64,000 bases of DNA. Source: Cyanobacteria bacterium J06626_4 (GTDB taxonomy: Bacteria; Cyanobacteriota; Cyanobacteriia; Phormidesmidales; Phormidesmidaceae). The position numbers and the translations under genes are program-made. This document shows positions 30,540-41,359 of this stretch, piece by piece (position 1 is the first letter of the stretch; the number at the start of each line of letters is the position of its first letter). The DNA lies in assembly GCA_038523235.1 (NCBI GenBank), contig JBCBJQ010000009.1:35950-99949 (forward strand), in the 5' to 3' direction. Under the pieces are notes generated by a model. The model was given only the letters and a program-made list of their open reading frames with translations, was not told the DNA's origin and made no database searches.

Positions 30540-31436
30540 CTAGTAGGTTTTTTGACGGGTCACAAACCGCGCAATCATGCTGGTCAGCAAAACCAAGAGT
30601 ACCAGAATCAAAGACCCGGCCCAGGCGAGCTCTTGCTGGGGCTCAAACGGCACAATCGCGAAGTTGTAGACCAGCACCGACAAGGTGGCAATTGGCTGCA
30701 GCACCCCATTGGGCCAGAAGGAAGAAAAGAGTGCCGTGAAGATCAGTGGTGCCGTCTCACCAGCAGCGCGAGCGATCGCCAGCGTCACCCCCGTCAAAAT
30801 TGAGGGAATCGCGGCGGGCAACACAATTTGCAGCACCGTTTGATAGCGGGAAGACCCCACCCCAATCGAAGCCCACCGAATTTCTTGGGGAATGATGTTG
30901 AGCGCTTCATCAGTGGTACGAATGATCGTCGGCAGCATCAGCACCGCCAGCGCCACGCCCCCGGCTACCGCCGAGTAGCCCGTCAGGCCCGTGCGCACCA
31001 ACAACGCGTAAACAAACACCCCAGAAATAATCGAAGGCACGCCGCTCAACACGTTGGTAAAGAAGCGCACCCATCTGGCCACCTGACCGTCTTCACTAAA
31101 TTCGGAAAGATAGACGGCCGCCATCACGCCAAAAGGCACCGAGATGAGCGTGGCGATCGCCACCACAATCAATGTGCCAATAATCGCGTTGGCAATGCCG
31201 CCACCCTCTAACCCAGGCGGGGGGGGCAGCTGAGTAAAGAGGGCTGGCGTAATACTACCGGCCCCTTGAATCGTTACAAACGCCAACACCAGTACCAAAG
31301 GAATCAGCGTGATCACCACGCAGAGTACCGAAAGCCCCGTCATAACGATGTTAAAAACGTCGCGAGGGCGAGAAGAATTCTTGCGTAGGCCCGCTAGCGA
31401 GGGCGATTCTGGGGATGTTCCGCTAAAGCTCGTCAT
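30540..31436 (-). CDS. pstA: Phosphate ABC transporter permease
   Basis: GGIANAIIGT, LSGVPSII, ARAAGETAPL. Confidence 0.95.
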   Translation of the reverse strand: MTSFSGTSPESPSLAGLRKNSSRPRDVFNIVMTGLSVLCVVITLIPLVLVLAFVTIQGAGSITPALFTQLPPPPGLEGGGIANAIIGTLIVVAIATLISVPFGVMAAVYLSEFSEDGQVARWVRFFTNVLSGVPSIISGVFVYALLVRTGLTGYSAVAGGVALAVLMLPTIIRTTDEALNIIPQEIRWASIGVGSSRYQTVLQIVLPAAIPSILTGVTLAIARAAGETAPLIFTALFSSFWPNGVLQPIATLSVLVYNFAIVPFEPQQELAWAGSLILVLLVLLTSMIARFVTRQKTY

Positions 31437-31475
31437 AGGTTTTGCGATCCAATGCAACTACTCAAAAGGTGCCGG

Positions 31476-32393
31476 TTAGTCATATTTAGCTTTGACATTA
31501 CTCACGATGACCTGGGCCAAAATGTTGACCACCAGCGTCATAATCACCAACACAAACGCGGCGTACATCAGGGCCGACACTTGTAGCCCCTTCGCTTCCG
31601 CAAACTGGTTAGCGAGCAGCGAAGCAATCGTGTTGCCTGGTTCGAGCAGTGACAAACTAATTTGGTTGGAGTTACCAATCACCATGGTGGCCGCCATGGT
31701 CTCCCCCATGGCCCGGCCCAAAGCCAGCATAATGCCGCCCACAATACCGGAGATCGCCGCCGGAATCAGTACCCGAAAGATCGTGCCCCAGCGCGTTGCA
31801 CCAATGCCCAATGAAGCCTGTCGCAGGTCAGGTGGCAGCGACGCGAGAGAATCTCGCGAAATCGCAATGATAATCGGCAAAATCATAATCGATAAAATCA
31901 GCGCCGCGGTCAGCATACTTGGCCCAATGAACTGCAGGCCGAACAAGCCAAAGAACCACTTCATCGCGGGAATCAAAACAAAAATACCCCACAGGCCGTA
32001 GACCACACTGGGAATTGCCGCCAGCAGTTCGATCATGAACACCAGGACGGTGCGGATTTTGAGCGGAATAAAGTTTTCGCTGAGAAAAATCGCCACACCT
32101 AGACCTAACGGCACCGCGATCAACAGGGCGATAAAAGCACTCACCAACGTACCGTAGATCATCGGCAATGCCCCGTAGGCATCTTGCACCGGGTTCCAGG
32201 TACTCGCGATCACAAACTGCAAGCCAAATTCTCGAATCGCCGGTATCGCTGCCATCAAAATAATGAAGGCGATCGCCAGCAGCAGCAGACCGGTACCAAT
32301 GGCAAAGGCTGTGGTCAGACCGACGAAAAAGCCATCGAATTTCTTTTCTCCGGCGGTCCGACTACGGGTGTTGGGAACATCTGAGGCGGTCAC
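31476..32393 (-). CDS. pstC: Phosphate ABC transporter permease
   Basis: ELLAAIPSVVYGLWG, GRAMGETMA; start GTG 32393 or 32420. Confidence 0.95.
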   Translation of the reverse strand: MTASDVPNTRSRTAGEKKFDGFFVGLTTAFAIGTGLLLLAIAFIILMAAIPAIREFGLQFVIASTWNPVQDAYGALPMIYGTLVSAFIALLIAVPLGLGVAIFLSENFIPLKIRTVLVFMIELLAAIPSVVYGLWGIFVLIPAMKWFFGLFGLQFIGPSMLTAALILSIMILPIIIAISRDSLASLPPDLRQASLGIGATRWGTIFRVLIPAAISGIVGGIMLALGRAMGETMAATMVIGNSNQISLSLLEPGNTIASLLANQFAEAKGLQVSALMYAAFVLVIMTLVVNILAQVIVSNVKAKYD

Positions 32394-32529
32394 AGTGCTA
32401 TCTTCTCCTCGACAAACCAATACAATCGCTGCGATTCAGCAAGCTGTCTGCCCGCATCAAAGGGCTAAGCTAGCCTGTATCAACTTTCTGGAAGCGCGCC
32501 AGCCACCCTTTGAGCAGCCCGCGCGATTC

Positions 32530-32564
32530 TCATAAAAAAGGGGGCAGCGCCCCCTTTTTTATGA
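32530..32564. terminator. Perfect hairpin between pstS and pstC (terminator or mRNA stabiliser)
   Basis: tcataaaaaagggggc-agc-gcccccttttttatga. Confidence 0.8.
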
Positions 32565-32568
32565 CTAT

Positions 32569-33714
32569 TTACTCAACGGTGATTTCATAGTCAGGGCTGA
32601 TGCCATCAGCGGCAGCCGCGACCTTCTCGCGCACGCTGGGGGGCAGCGCCACATAGCCCAGCTCAGGAGAAATCTCCTGGCCTTCGTTGAGACCGTACTC
32701 AACCATCACCTCAACCGCTTTCGCCTGCATGGGATCTTCATAGGTTTCGTACACCAACATCCAGGTGTAGGTGACGATGGGATAAGAGTTATCACCATCA
32801 GGGTCAGTGATGAAAGCGCGGAGGTTTTCAGGCAGCTCAACTGCGTCCAAAGTGGCGGAAGCTGACTCACCGGTAGGCGTCACAAAGTTGCCCGAGGAAT
32901 TTTCCAAGGCGGCAACCGCGAGGCCGTTGTTGGTGGCATAGCCATACTCAACGTAGCCAATGGCCCCTTCAGTTTGCTGAACTTGAGCGGTAACGCCCTC
33001 ATTCCCTTTGCCGCCGATGAAGCTACCCGTGGTGGGCCACTCAACGGTTTTGCCTTCGCCAATTTGGCTCTCAAAGTCAGGGCTGATAGCACTCAGGTGC
33101 TTGGTAAAGACGCCCGTCGTGCCACTGCCGTCAGAACGGTGCACCACCGTGATATCAGAATCGGGAAGCTCAGCGTCGGGGTTGGCCTCGACGATCGCCG
33201 GGTCGCTCCAGCTGGTGATGTTGCCGAGCAAGATGTTGGTGTAAACCTCGCGGGGCAGGTTTAACTCATCCACACCAGGCAGGTTGTAAGCCAACACAAT
33301 GGCACCAGCCGCCATCGGCAGCAAGATAGTGCCGTCTTCAACGGCAGCAATTTCCTCATCTTCCATAGCCACGTCGCTAGCCCCGAAGTTCACGGTTTCT
33401 GCCGTAAACTGCTCAACGCCAGCGCCACTACCCACAGACTGATAGTTGACCTGAAGCTCAGGCACCTTTTTGTTGAGCTCGACAAACCAGTTTTGGTACA
33501 GCGGCGCGGGAAAAGACGCCCCAGCACCGGTCAAAGAAACGTTGCTATCAAAGATTTTCTCACCAGCGGCCTCTTCTCCACTGGCAGCCGTTTCGGTGCC
33601 TTCGCCGGCATCGGTCGTCGTGGTCGTACCACCGCCACAAGCCGCCAAGCCCACCACTAGGGCCAAAGCAGCCGCCTTTCTCAAATCAATCTGCGTCGCA
33701 AATTTCTGAAGCAT
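32569..33714 (-). CDS. pstS: Phosphate-binding lipoprotein PstS
   Basis: Lipobox LAAC, GAGASFPAPLY, YQSVGSGAG, HRSDGSGTT, YPIVTYTW. Confidence 0.95.
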   Translation of the reverse strand: MLQKFATQIDLRKAAALALVVGLAACGGGTTTTTDAGEGTETAASGEEAAGEKIFDSNVSLTGAGASFPAPLYQNWFVELNKKVPELQVNYQSVGSGAGVEQFTAETVNFGASDVAMEDEEIAAVEDGTILLPMAAGAIVLAYNLPGVDELNLPREVYTNILLGNITSWSDPAIVEANPDAELPDSDITVVHRSDGSGTTGVFTKHLSAISPDFESQIGEGKTVEWPTTGSFIGGKGNEGVTAQVQQTEGAIGYVEYGYATNNGLAVAALENSSGNFVTPTGESASATLDAVELPENLRAFITDPDGDNSYPIVTYTWMLVYETYEDPMQAKAVEVMVEYGLNEGQEISPELGYVALPPSVREKVAAAADGISPDYEITVE

Positions 33715-33998
33715 AGCCAATTCCACTCTGTTCTTTTTGGTCAAAGTATATGAACGTTCATCCGATGCTCTTGAACGAGACAATCATCGCAAGAGATCAC
33801 GCTCTACTGAATATCAAACCTCTGACTTTGTCAGCGGCTAGAGACCTAAACCCCAGCCACTATTAAAGCAGGATTCCAAAACAACTCAGGGATATCTATA
33901 TCACACTGAGATGCTTCAAAGATACACCCCAAAAAGCGAAGTCAGTAGACACCTTGAGCTGAGATATAGCGTCTCAAAAATACTAGATTAGGGGGTCA

Positions 33999-34028
33999 TG
34001 GTAAAGAACAGATGAAGAGAAGATTAAA
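33999..34028 (-). promoter_or_regulatory. Cyanobacterial Pho box (SphR site), three 8-mers with 3-nt spacers
   Basis: Minus strand TTTAATCT-tct-CTTCATCT-gtt-CTTTACCA, close to PyTTAAPyPy(T/A)x3; TAATCT/TAGTAT -10 candidates just downstream. Confidence 0.75.
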
Positions 34029-34395
34029 GCCTCAACTGAGGATAATAAAAACCCACCAGAGTATAGAAATCACCTCTTTAATTGGGCATAAAAAATCGGC
34101 AGAGGTCGCCCAAAGCATGCTGTTCACACCCATTTTTCAATGTCAGCAGGCCATCAGTCAGAGTGCGGAAATGTCTAGACATTTCCGCACTCTGGGTATT
34201 GAGCACAATGAGAAATCACTTTTGGTTTTAAGCAAATGCTGACGAGAATCAATCGCAGTAATCGTGTCCGAGTGAACCTTAAAGTATTGTTATTTACAAC
34301 TGCTGAAACATAAATTCTTTTGAGGATTCCGACTCACTCATTAGGGGTGTCTGAAATTATGGGTTTATCGATACTCAACCATCCGGTTTAAGACA

Positions 34396-35403
34396 ATGAA
34401 GACTTTAAAAGGCCCGTTTTTTCTCGCATTGGTCGGTGCCGGAGTGACTGCCATAGGCTGCTCTTCTTCCCCCAATTCTCTCAGTTCGACCGATCAGCCC
34501 ATCACCATTGATGGCTCTAGTACGGTTTATCCGATTACCACCGCGATCGCCCAGCAGTATGCCACCACCGAGTCCCCCGATGTCGAGATCGCCGTTTCGT
34601 TTTCGGGCACCGGCGACGGCTTCGAAAAGTTCTGCGCCGGTGAAACGATGATCAATAATGCGTCTCGTCCGATCAGCAACGAGGAGATGCAGGCCTGCGG
34701 CGATGCCAAAATTCGCTATTTTGAACTCCCGATTGCCTTTGACGCTATCACTGTTGTCGTTCACCCCGAAAATACTTGGGCGGCAGACATCACCGTAGAA
34801 GAACTCAAAACGGCCTGGGCCGAATCGGGTCAGCGCGACGTCACCAATTGGCAAGATATTCGCAGCAGTTGGCCTAGCGAACCGATCGCCCTCTACGGCC
34901 CCGGCACCGCCTCCGGCACCTACGATTACTTTTCAGAAGTAATTTTGGGCGAAGACACCCCCAGTCGCAGCGACTATATCGCCAGTGAAGACGACGAGCT
35001 GCTGGCCCAAGGTGTCGAAGCGAATCCCAATGCCATGGGGTATTTTGGCTTTGCCTACTTTGAAGCCCATGAAGGCAATCTCAACGCCCTGGCGGTCGAT
35101 GGAGTCACCCCGACCCAAGAAACGGTTGAGAACGGCGAATATCAGCCCCTGTCACGACCGCTGTTTATCTATGTCAACGCTCAAGCGGCACAAGAGCATC
35201 CGGCCCTACAAACGTTTGTGCAGTTTTACCTGGAGAATGCCCCCAGCACCGTCGAAACGGTCGGCTACGTGCCCCTGCCGCAAGACGGGTACGAAGTGGC
35301 TCTCACCCAGTTTTATCGTGGCAAGGTGGGCACCGTCTTTGATGGCCAAATGCAGCCCGGTTTGACCATCGGTGAACTATTGAGCCGCCGCGCCGAGTTC
35401 TAG
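34396..35403 (+). CDS. pstS: Second PstS-family phosphate-binding lipoprotein
   Basis: Lipobox [44 protein letters not shown]. Confidence 0.9.
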   Translation: MKTLKGPFFLALVGAGVTAIGCSSSPNSLSSTDQPITIDGSSTVYPITTAIAQQYATTESPDVEIAVSFSGTGDGFEKFCAGETMINNASRPISNEEMQACGDAKIRYFELPIAFDAITVVVHPENTWAADITVEELKTAWAESGQRDVTNWQDIRSSWPSEPIALYGPGTASGTYDYFSEVILGEDTPSRSDYIASEDDELLAQGVEANPNAMGYFGFAYFEAHEGNLNALAVDGVTPTQETVENGEYQPLSRPLFIYVNAQAAQEHPALQTFVQFYLENAPSTVETVGYVPLPQDGYEVALTQFYRGKVGTVFDGQMQPGLTIGELLSRRAEF

Positions 35404-35434
35404 GAGAATTTCCCCAAAGTAGCGTTCTGATTGC

Positions 35435-35458
35435 AGGGGTTGGGCAATGCCAAACCCT
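35435..35458. repeat. Short palindromic dispersed repeat (GGGGTTTGGCANTGCCAAACCCC type)
   Basis: Related copies at 17531-17551, 37904-37926 and 58436-58466. Confidence 0.6.
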
Positions 35459-35610
35459 TAACGAAAGCAGTTCTACAGCAGAAGCTAGAAAGGTGCCGGG
35501 TTTAAGGTGCCGGGAAGGGCCTTGCCGCCAGCAATCCGGCGATTAAAAGTGGCCAAACCTGACAGCGGCTTGCCATATCTTGGGAGTATTTGAGCACAGA
35601 CTGCCCAGAG

Positions 35611-36999
35611 TCAAAATTCAATATTGTCCGGCGTGCGCGGAAACGGAATCACATCGCGGATGTTGGTCATCCCCGTCATAAATTGAATCAGTCGCTCAAA
35701 CCCCAAGCCGAATCCAGCGTGGGGCACTGTGCCGTAGCGTCGCAAATCGAGATACCACCAGTAGGCATCCACGGGCAAACCCGCCTCACCAATGCGCGTC
35801 TCCAATACGTCCAGGCGCTCCTCGCGCTGAGAGCCGCCAATGATCTCGCCGACCTTGGGCGCAAGCACATCCATCGCCGCCACGGTTTTTTGATCGTCAT
35901 TCAGCCGCATATAAAAGGCTTTGATCGCCGCTGGGTAATCGGTCACAATCACCGGCTTTTGAAACAGCTCTTCCGCCAGATATCTTTCGTGCTCTGACTG
36001 CAAGTCAATACCCCATTCCACCGGAAATTCAAATTTCTTGTCTGCTTTCAACAGCTGGTCGACCGCTTCGGTATAGGTGATGCGGGCAAATTCATTATTG
36101 ATAATGTTGTCTGCCGTCGCTAGCACCGAGTCATCAATGCGCTGGTTGAAGAAGGCCATATCGTCTTCACACTGATCCAACACCGTTTGAAAGATGTATT
36201 TGAGAAATTCCTCGGCTAGATCCATATTGCCGAGCAGATCACAAAAAGCCATCTCGGGCTCAATCATCCAAAACTCGGCCAGGTGGCGGGACGTGTTGGA
36301 ATTTTCAGCCCGAAAGGTGGGACCAAAGGTGTAGACGTTGGTGAACGCCATTGCCATGATTTCAGCTTCCAACTGACCGCTAACCGTTAAATATGCCGGT
36401 TTGCCAAAGAAGTCTTGCGCCAAGTCAACCGCCCGATTATCGACCAGCGGCGGCTGATTCAGGTTCAGATTGGTAACAGTGAACATCTCTCCCGCGCCTT
36501 CGCAGTCGCTTGCCGTCAAGATGGGCGTGTTGACCCACATAAACGCGCGATCGCGAAAAAACTGATGCACCGCCTGAGCCGCCACATTACGAACGCGAAA
36601 CACCGCCCCGAGCGTATTGGTGCGCGATCTCAAATGGCCCAGTGTGCGCAAAAACTCAAAGCTGTGGCGCTTCTTTTGCAGCGGGTAGGTTTCGTCCGCG
36701 CCCCCAAAGACGGTAATTTGCTCCGCCTTGACCTCAATGCGCTGCCCCTTGGCAGGCGACTCAACCACGGTGCCGGCAATCTCGACGGAAGCACCGGTAG
36801 AGAGTTGCGCCATGATGGCGTCATAATCGGCCAAGTCGGCATCGGCCACAATCTGCAAACCGCCCATGCAAGAGCCATCGTTGACGTTGATGAAGCACAA
36901 GGATTTTTGAGCTCTTTTGGTGCGCACCCAACCCTGCAGGGTCACAGAGTCACCCGGCTGACCGGACTTGAGCAGATTAGCGATACGTATAGCAGCCAT
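35611..36999 (-). CDS. asnS: Asparagine--tRNA ligase
   Basis: [41 protein letters not shown]. Confidence 0.97.
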   Translation of the reverse strand: MAAIRIANLLKSGQPGDSVTLQGWVRTKRAQKSLCFINVNDGSCMGGLQIVADADLADYDAIMAQLSTGASVEIAGTVVESPAKGQRIEVKAEQITVFGGADETYPLQKKRHSFEFLRTLGHLRSRTNTLGAVFRVRNVAAQAVHQFFRDRAFMWVNTPILTASDCEGAGEMFTVTNLNLNQPPLVDNRAVDLAQDFFGKPAYLTVSGQLEAEIMAMAFTNVYTFGPTFRAENSNTSRHLAEFWMIEPEMAFCDLLGNMDLAEEFLKYIFQTVLDQCEDDMAFFNQRIDDSVLATADNIINNEFARITYTEAVDQLLKADKKFEFPVEWGIDLQSEHERYLAEELFQKPVIVTDYPAAIKAFYMRLNDDQKTVAAMDVLAPKVGEIIGGSQREERLDVLETRIGEAGLPVDAYWWYLDLRRYGTVPHAGFGLGFERLIQFMTGMTNIRDVIPFPRTPDNIEF

Positions 37000-37242
37000 G
37001 TCGATAAAACAAACAACGTGTGGAAAGGCAGAAAAGCAGTCTAGAGCTACGGTAGCGCAGTTGCTGAATCGGAAGAAACATCGCGATGCAAAGTATCCTC
37101 AGCAAGCCTAAGAATCTCATCAGCTTACCTGGCAGTTTTAACAGTCTTGCTGCAGCTGTAACCGCGCTTTCAGGTCAAGACTGGAATTCGACTGCTCGAA
37201 CTGCTTCTAACCAACAGTTTTGAGCATTTGCGCACACAGCAC

Positions 37243-37614
37243 TCAACCACTGGAACAGGGCTCCATCAGCTCAATGCGGTTGCCAAAGGGGTCTGATACG
37301 TATATTCGGTGGTAGCCCTCCAGTGGCTCATCATCAATGATATCTACACCGTGCGCCTTGAGCCGCTCAATGAGTCTAGCTAAGCCGGTTACTAGCAAGG
37401 CTGGATGAGCTTTGCGTGCCGAGCGAAAATCTTTCTCCACGCCCAGATGAATCTTCACCCATTCATTCTCAAACCAAGCGCCTCCGCGCTTTGCCAATTT
37501 TGGGGGCTTCGGCACCTCCGGGATTCCCAGCACACCGCAGTAGAACGCACGAGCCGCATTCTCTTCACCCGGAGGCATCGCCAGCTGAACATGTTCGATA
37601 CCGACTACTGGCAC
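37243..37614 (-). CDS. VOC/glyoxalase family protein
   Basis: IEHVQLAMP, FY..VLG, IHLGVE, AHPA, DPFGNRIELME; likely GTG start 37614. Confidence 0.88.
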   Translation of the reverse strand: MPVVGIEHVQLAMPPGEENAARAFYCGVLGIPEVPKPPKLAKRGGAWFENEWVKIHLGVEKDFRSARKAHPALLVTGLARLIERLKAHGVDIIDDEPLEGYHRIYVSDPFGNRIELMEPCSSG

Positions 37615-37961
37615 GGCATTGCTAAAGCATCTAACAGCATGAATCAACTATAAAACAGCCACCCCAATAGCCTGAGGGCAATGACTAGATCAACGGCACT
37701 GAATTGAGGAACTGTTAGTTAGGCTAAGCAGGTAGGTACAAGCATCTTGCAGACGGGTTTCGGCTCCGCTTAACCCTCAACGTTTGACTTGGCAAGCAAT
37801 ATAGCTGATTGAGCGGAGTCGAAATCAGCGACCGGTTTAACACTTAATTTGACCCAGCTACTTAGGGGTTTGGGAGGTTGCGCAAAAATAGCGTCTCGAT
37901 CGCAGGGGTTTGGCACCGTCAAACCTTTACAAAAAACCTGATAGATCCCCACCACCGTCTT

Positions 37962-38366
37962 CTAAGCCCCGGCGATCGCCTTCAAAATCCACCCCACAAT
38001 GATGCCGACCCCGCCAAAACGCACCGCTTGCCAAAAGGGCTCCTGCAGCGCCTGCCAATCAAACAGCTGACTTTCAAGCTGCAACTCTAGCGCCTCTAGA
38101 CGGTGCTGCAAGCTACTGATCTCTTGCGCACTGAGACCGGGCATTTGCAACTGTTGTTCGATTTGGCGCTGCTGCTGCAACAGGGCTCGCTGCTGCTCAA
38201 ACCGCTGCCTCAAGACCACGACTGACGTTTCTAACTGAGTCAGATCGGCATCAAAGGTTTGCCAATCTTGATCAGAAGAGGAGGGCGAAAACGCCCCGAG
38301 AGTCGACGAGCGAGCACCCCGCAGTTTGTGACGACCTAGACGCCTCAATCGGCGATTCATATGCAC
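37962..38366 (-). CDS. Hypothetical coiled-coil protein with C-terminal TM
   Basis: LELQLESQLF.W...EPFWQAVRFGG.G motif recalled from cyanobacterial hypotheticals; start uncertain. Confidence 0.7.
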   Translation of the reverse strand: MHMNRRLRRLGRHKLRGARSSTLGAFSPSSSDQDWQTFDADLTQLETSVVVLRQRFEQQRALLQQQRQIEQQLQMPGLSAQEISSLQHRLEALELQLESQLFDWQALQEPFWQAVRFGGVGIIVGWILKAIAGA

Positions 38367-38418
38367 AATGGAAGATAACAGTAGCGCCCATCATAGCGGC
38401 ATTCAATTCTCAATACCT

Positions 38419-38703
38419 ATGAACTCTTCCACCCCTAACGCTGTCACGCCTGAGCTGAGTGAGCTAGAACTGGCTCAGGCAATCGCTAATCGGCTCGCCA
38501 TCAAACCCAACGATTGGCATCGGCTAAATCGCAATCGCAAAATTCGCGCCCAAGAACAAGCCGCCGCCGCCCTGGTTTACTTACTCAAAGATCAGCCCGA
38601 AGAAGCACTCACTCGGCTACAGCAAGCAGTGGGCTGGCTCGATCAGAGTCTCACCGCGCCCCCTTGCCCCAGCCACGGGCCTGCTAAAAAATCAGCCACC
38701 TAG
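38419..38703 (+). CDS. Conserved cyanobacterial protein (DUF6439-like)
   Basis: LAQA...RL.I...DWHRL..NR..RA.EQ; C-terminal PPCPSHG. Confidence 0.75.
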   Translation: MNSSTPNAVTPELSELELAQAIANRLAIKPNDWHRLNRNRKIRAQEQAAAALVYLLKDQPEEALTRLQQAVGWLDQSLTAPPCPSHGPAKKSAT

Positions 38704-38817
38704 GAATCGGCACTTACAATCCATTCCCAGCATAGGAGTCTATCTATCAGGGCTTGGTCCTGCCAAACTCCAATGGTCGAGACGCTAATGTTCGAGCCAT
38801 TCCCAGAGCAGCGAAAC

Positions 38818-39264
38818 CTAACCGACTAGCGGTAGGCCAAACCAGCGATCGGCACGCTTACGCAGATGCAACTCACGTCCACCCCGACTCCACTGCACTT
38901 CGTCAAAAATCTGGCGGAGAATGTATAGGCCGCGGCCACAATCGCTGACAGCCACTGCGTCATCGCTATCTTCGCAACCGCAAGGATGCTGAAAATCAAA
39001 CCCGCCGCCTTGGTCCTCAATCACCCACCAATAATGAGTGCCTGAGGTTTTGTAGCGCACCGAGACTACCTTAAGAGGGTCAAGATTATTACCATGCTTG
39101 ACGGCGTTAACCAGGGCTTCTTGCAACCCTAAACGCACTTCAGCCTGCCACTTTTTCGGCACTTTATCCATCAGCCGATCTAAGACAGGGCATAGATAAA
39201 GCGTCGAAACAAAGCTCAAACTGCCCCAATTCTGGTTAATAGAGGGCTGAAAAAGAGCTACCAC
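38818..39264 (-). CDS. pmgA: RsbW-like anti-sigma/HATPase protein, PmgA-like
   Basis: SF.STLYLCP.LD, LGLQEALVNAVKHGN, DQG.GF, GRGLYIL. Confidence 0.65.
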   Translation of the reverse strand: MVALFQPSINQNWGSLSFVSTLYLCPVLDRLMDKVPKKWQAEVRLGLQEALVNAVKHGNNLDPLKVVSVRYKTSGTHYWWVIEDQGGGFDFQHPCGCEDSDDAVAVSDCGRGLYILRQIFDEVQWSRGGRELHLRKRADRWFGLPLVG

Positions 39265-39561
39265 TGGATATCCTCCAGAGAATTAACAATACTTTACGAT
39301 CTTAAAAAAGCCTGCTGTCAAAAAGTCGAGTTGTTGCGGATTTAACAAATGAGTAGAGAGCAACAACAACGGTCAGAAGTACTCGCGATACTTACCTTCG
39401 CACCCAAATATGCTTATGAAAAGTCTCATTCACTACCTAATTATACCAACAGAATCTCTTTAACCAAATTGTTTTTATTTTTACCGTTCTGCAGTCATCA
39501 AAAATTATTCATCCCTCCTTTACCTCACGCTTATCCCCGCTGCCTGATGTCACCGTCCCCA

Positions 39562-39750
39562 CCGGCCAATGAGGCACAGTGACTTTTCCTGAGGGAGTCA
39601 GGAGGACTATCTGTACTTAAGAAATCAGGCCGGCTAACGTGCTCTACCCCGTGTACCACTCAACTAACCGATTGGTGTGGAGTGAGCTTTACTCATTCTC
39701 AGTAATTTGGACGACGAAAGCCATCTTGGCAATGCCGCAACGCCCCAGAA
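39562..39750 (-). ncRNA. ssrS: 6S RNA (cyanobacterial 6Sa)
   Basis: ~190 nt; 5' GGGGCGTTGCGG, internal CTGAGAATG and CACTCCACACC, 3' GGAAAAGTCACTG, with complementary ends; ends approximate. Confidence 0.75.
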
Positions 39751-39879
39751 GAAGGATGCCCGATTGGTCATCTGGTTGCAGAGAATCGGTGTTAATTAGC
39801 TTGGGGATCATCGATGAATACGCAGAGGCGATCGCCCCAGACGTTTCACCCTCACCCATCTGGGAGTAAGGCCGCGTCA

Positions 39880-40542
39880 TCACATCAGCATGTGGCGCTT
39901 GGCAGCATCTGCCACCATTTCCGAAGTGTCGTGACTGAGCTGTTCTAAAGCGGTTTGCGCTTCTGGGGCATCAAATTGCGCTAACGCCTGAATGACGCGA
40001 TGACGCACTTGCCAATCATCGGCTTGGACGTAGGGCAACAGGAGCGGCACCGCACGGGGATCACCCAATTCGCCTAAGGCTCCGATCGCGGCGGTAGACA
40101 CCAGAGAAATATCCGAGTCAAGGGCTTTCACTAACAGGTCAAAACCGCGCGGATCACCCATTTCACCCAGAGCCGCAACGATACTGAACTGCAGCAGCCA
40201 TTCTTCGGTGGACTCATACATTGAGGCCAAGTCAGGAAAGGCTTCCGTCATTTTGAGGCCGCCCAAGGCATCGGCTGCCGCTGACTGGACATCTGGCTCG
40301 GGATCGGTGAGCAGCGCATTGCGTAAGAGATCCATTGACTGTTGGCGATCCTGATCGCCCAGCGTATCCATTTGGCTGACGGCGGCATAGCGCACGCGCA
40401 CATTTTGATCTTGGCAGGCTTGCACAATCAGGGGGTAGGCGATGGCGGGATCAATATCCCGAGCTTGGTTGACGCCGCTCAAGCGCTCCCCCAAATCAGA
40501 GGATTCGATCAACTGTTTTACGCTGTCAGGGGTCGGGGGCAT
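39880..40542 (-). CDS. nblB: HEAT-repeat phycobilisome degradation protein NblB-like
   Basis: TPDSVKQLI.S.DLGERL, VRYAAVSQMDTLG, PBS-lyase HEAT repeats; RBS GAGGAG before ATG 40542. Confidence 0.8.
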   Translation of the reverse strand: MPPTPDSVKQLIESSDLGERLSGVNQARDIDPAIAYPLIVQACQDQNVRVRYAAVSQMDTLGDQDRQQSMDLLRNALLTDPEPDVQSAAADALGGLKMTEAFPDLASMYESTEEWLLQFSIVAALGEMGDPRGFDLLVKALDSDISLVSTAAIGALGELGDPRAVPLLLPYVQADDWQVRHRVIQALAQFDAPEAQTALEQLSHDTSEMVADAAKRHMLM

Positions 40543-40600
40543 GGCGGTCTCCTCGGTCATACAACAGGGACGACATCGCCCCACGAAAAGCTGACATCCT

Positions 40601-41092
40601 CTATCCTGCCACGTCCGCAGACGCGTCTTGATAGCTTTCTGCCATCGCTCGCACAATGTCTCCCTGGGTGAGAATGCCGACCAGGGTGCCCGCATCATCA
40701 AGCACGGGCAGTCGAGTCACATGCTTATGGTGCATGAGCTGGGCGGCCTCTCTCAGCGATACCTGAGGGGCTGTGGTGACGGGCTTGTCGTGGCTCATCA
40801 CCTCAGCCACGGTTTGGCCCAGCGCCTTATGCACTTCTTCGTTATAGCGGGCGGGATTTTCGAGATAAATGACGCTGTCGAGCAGCATGATGTAGGCAGG
40901 CAGCTGCGCCCCAGTAACCTGCCACATCAAGTCCGCTTCTGAGAGCACACCTCTCAACGTGCCGTCGGCAGCCACCACGGGTAAGCCGCTAATCCGGTTT
41001 GCTGCCAGCAGCTGAATCGCCTCTGGCAGTGGCGTCTCAGGACTGACGGTGAAGAGGTCACGGGTCATCACATCGGCGACCGATGGGGTCAT
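40601..41092 (-). CDS. CBS domain pair protein
   Basis: VADVMT, ISGLPVV, RLPVLD, GILTQGDIVR. Confidence 0.9.
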   Translation of the reverse strand: MTPSVADVMTRDLFTVSPETPLPEAIQLLAANRISGLPVVAADGTLRGVLSEADLMWQVTGAQLPAYIMLLDSVIYLENPARYNEEVHKALGQTVAEVMSHDKPVTTAPQVSLREAAQLMHHKHVTRLPVLDDAGTLVGILTQGDIVRAMAESYQDASADVAG

Positions 41093-41359
41093 CTTGGCGT
41101 CTCCCTAATCGAAGTTGGTGAGCCGTGGGCTCGGGCTGAATAAGCTGAGTCCCGAATAAACGTGAGCAGAGCGCCCTAACAGCGACGTGCTAATCGCTCA
41201 GGCTCGATGTTCGGGTCTAGTTCACCCAGCGCACTGTGTCACCACAAGCGCCTTTCTAGAGGTGGACTAGCGTCCGTAGGCTCAGCTTGATTCAAGCGGT
41301 GATCCCGGCGGTCATACTCTTTATTCTAGGGAACCGGCATCCGGCTAATGGCGGCGGCG

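Noticed and set aside
36415..37044. Long antisense ORFs, for example opposite asnS, tolC and uvrD
   Set aside because: Shadow frames of GC-rich coding genes
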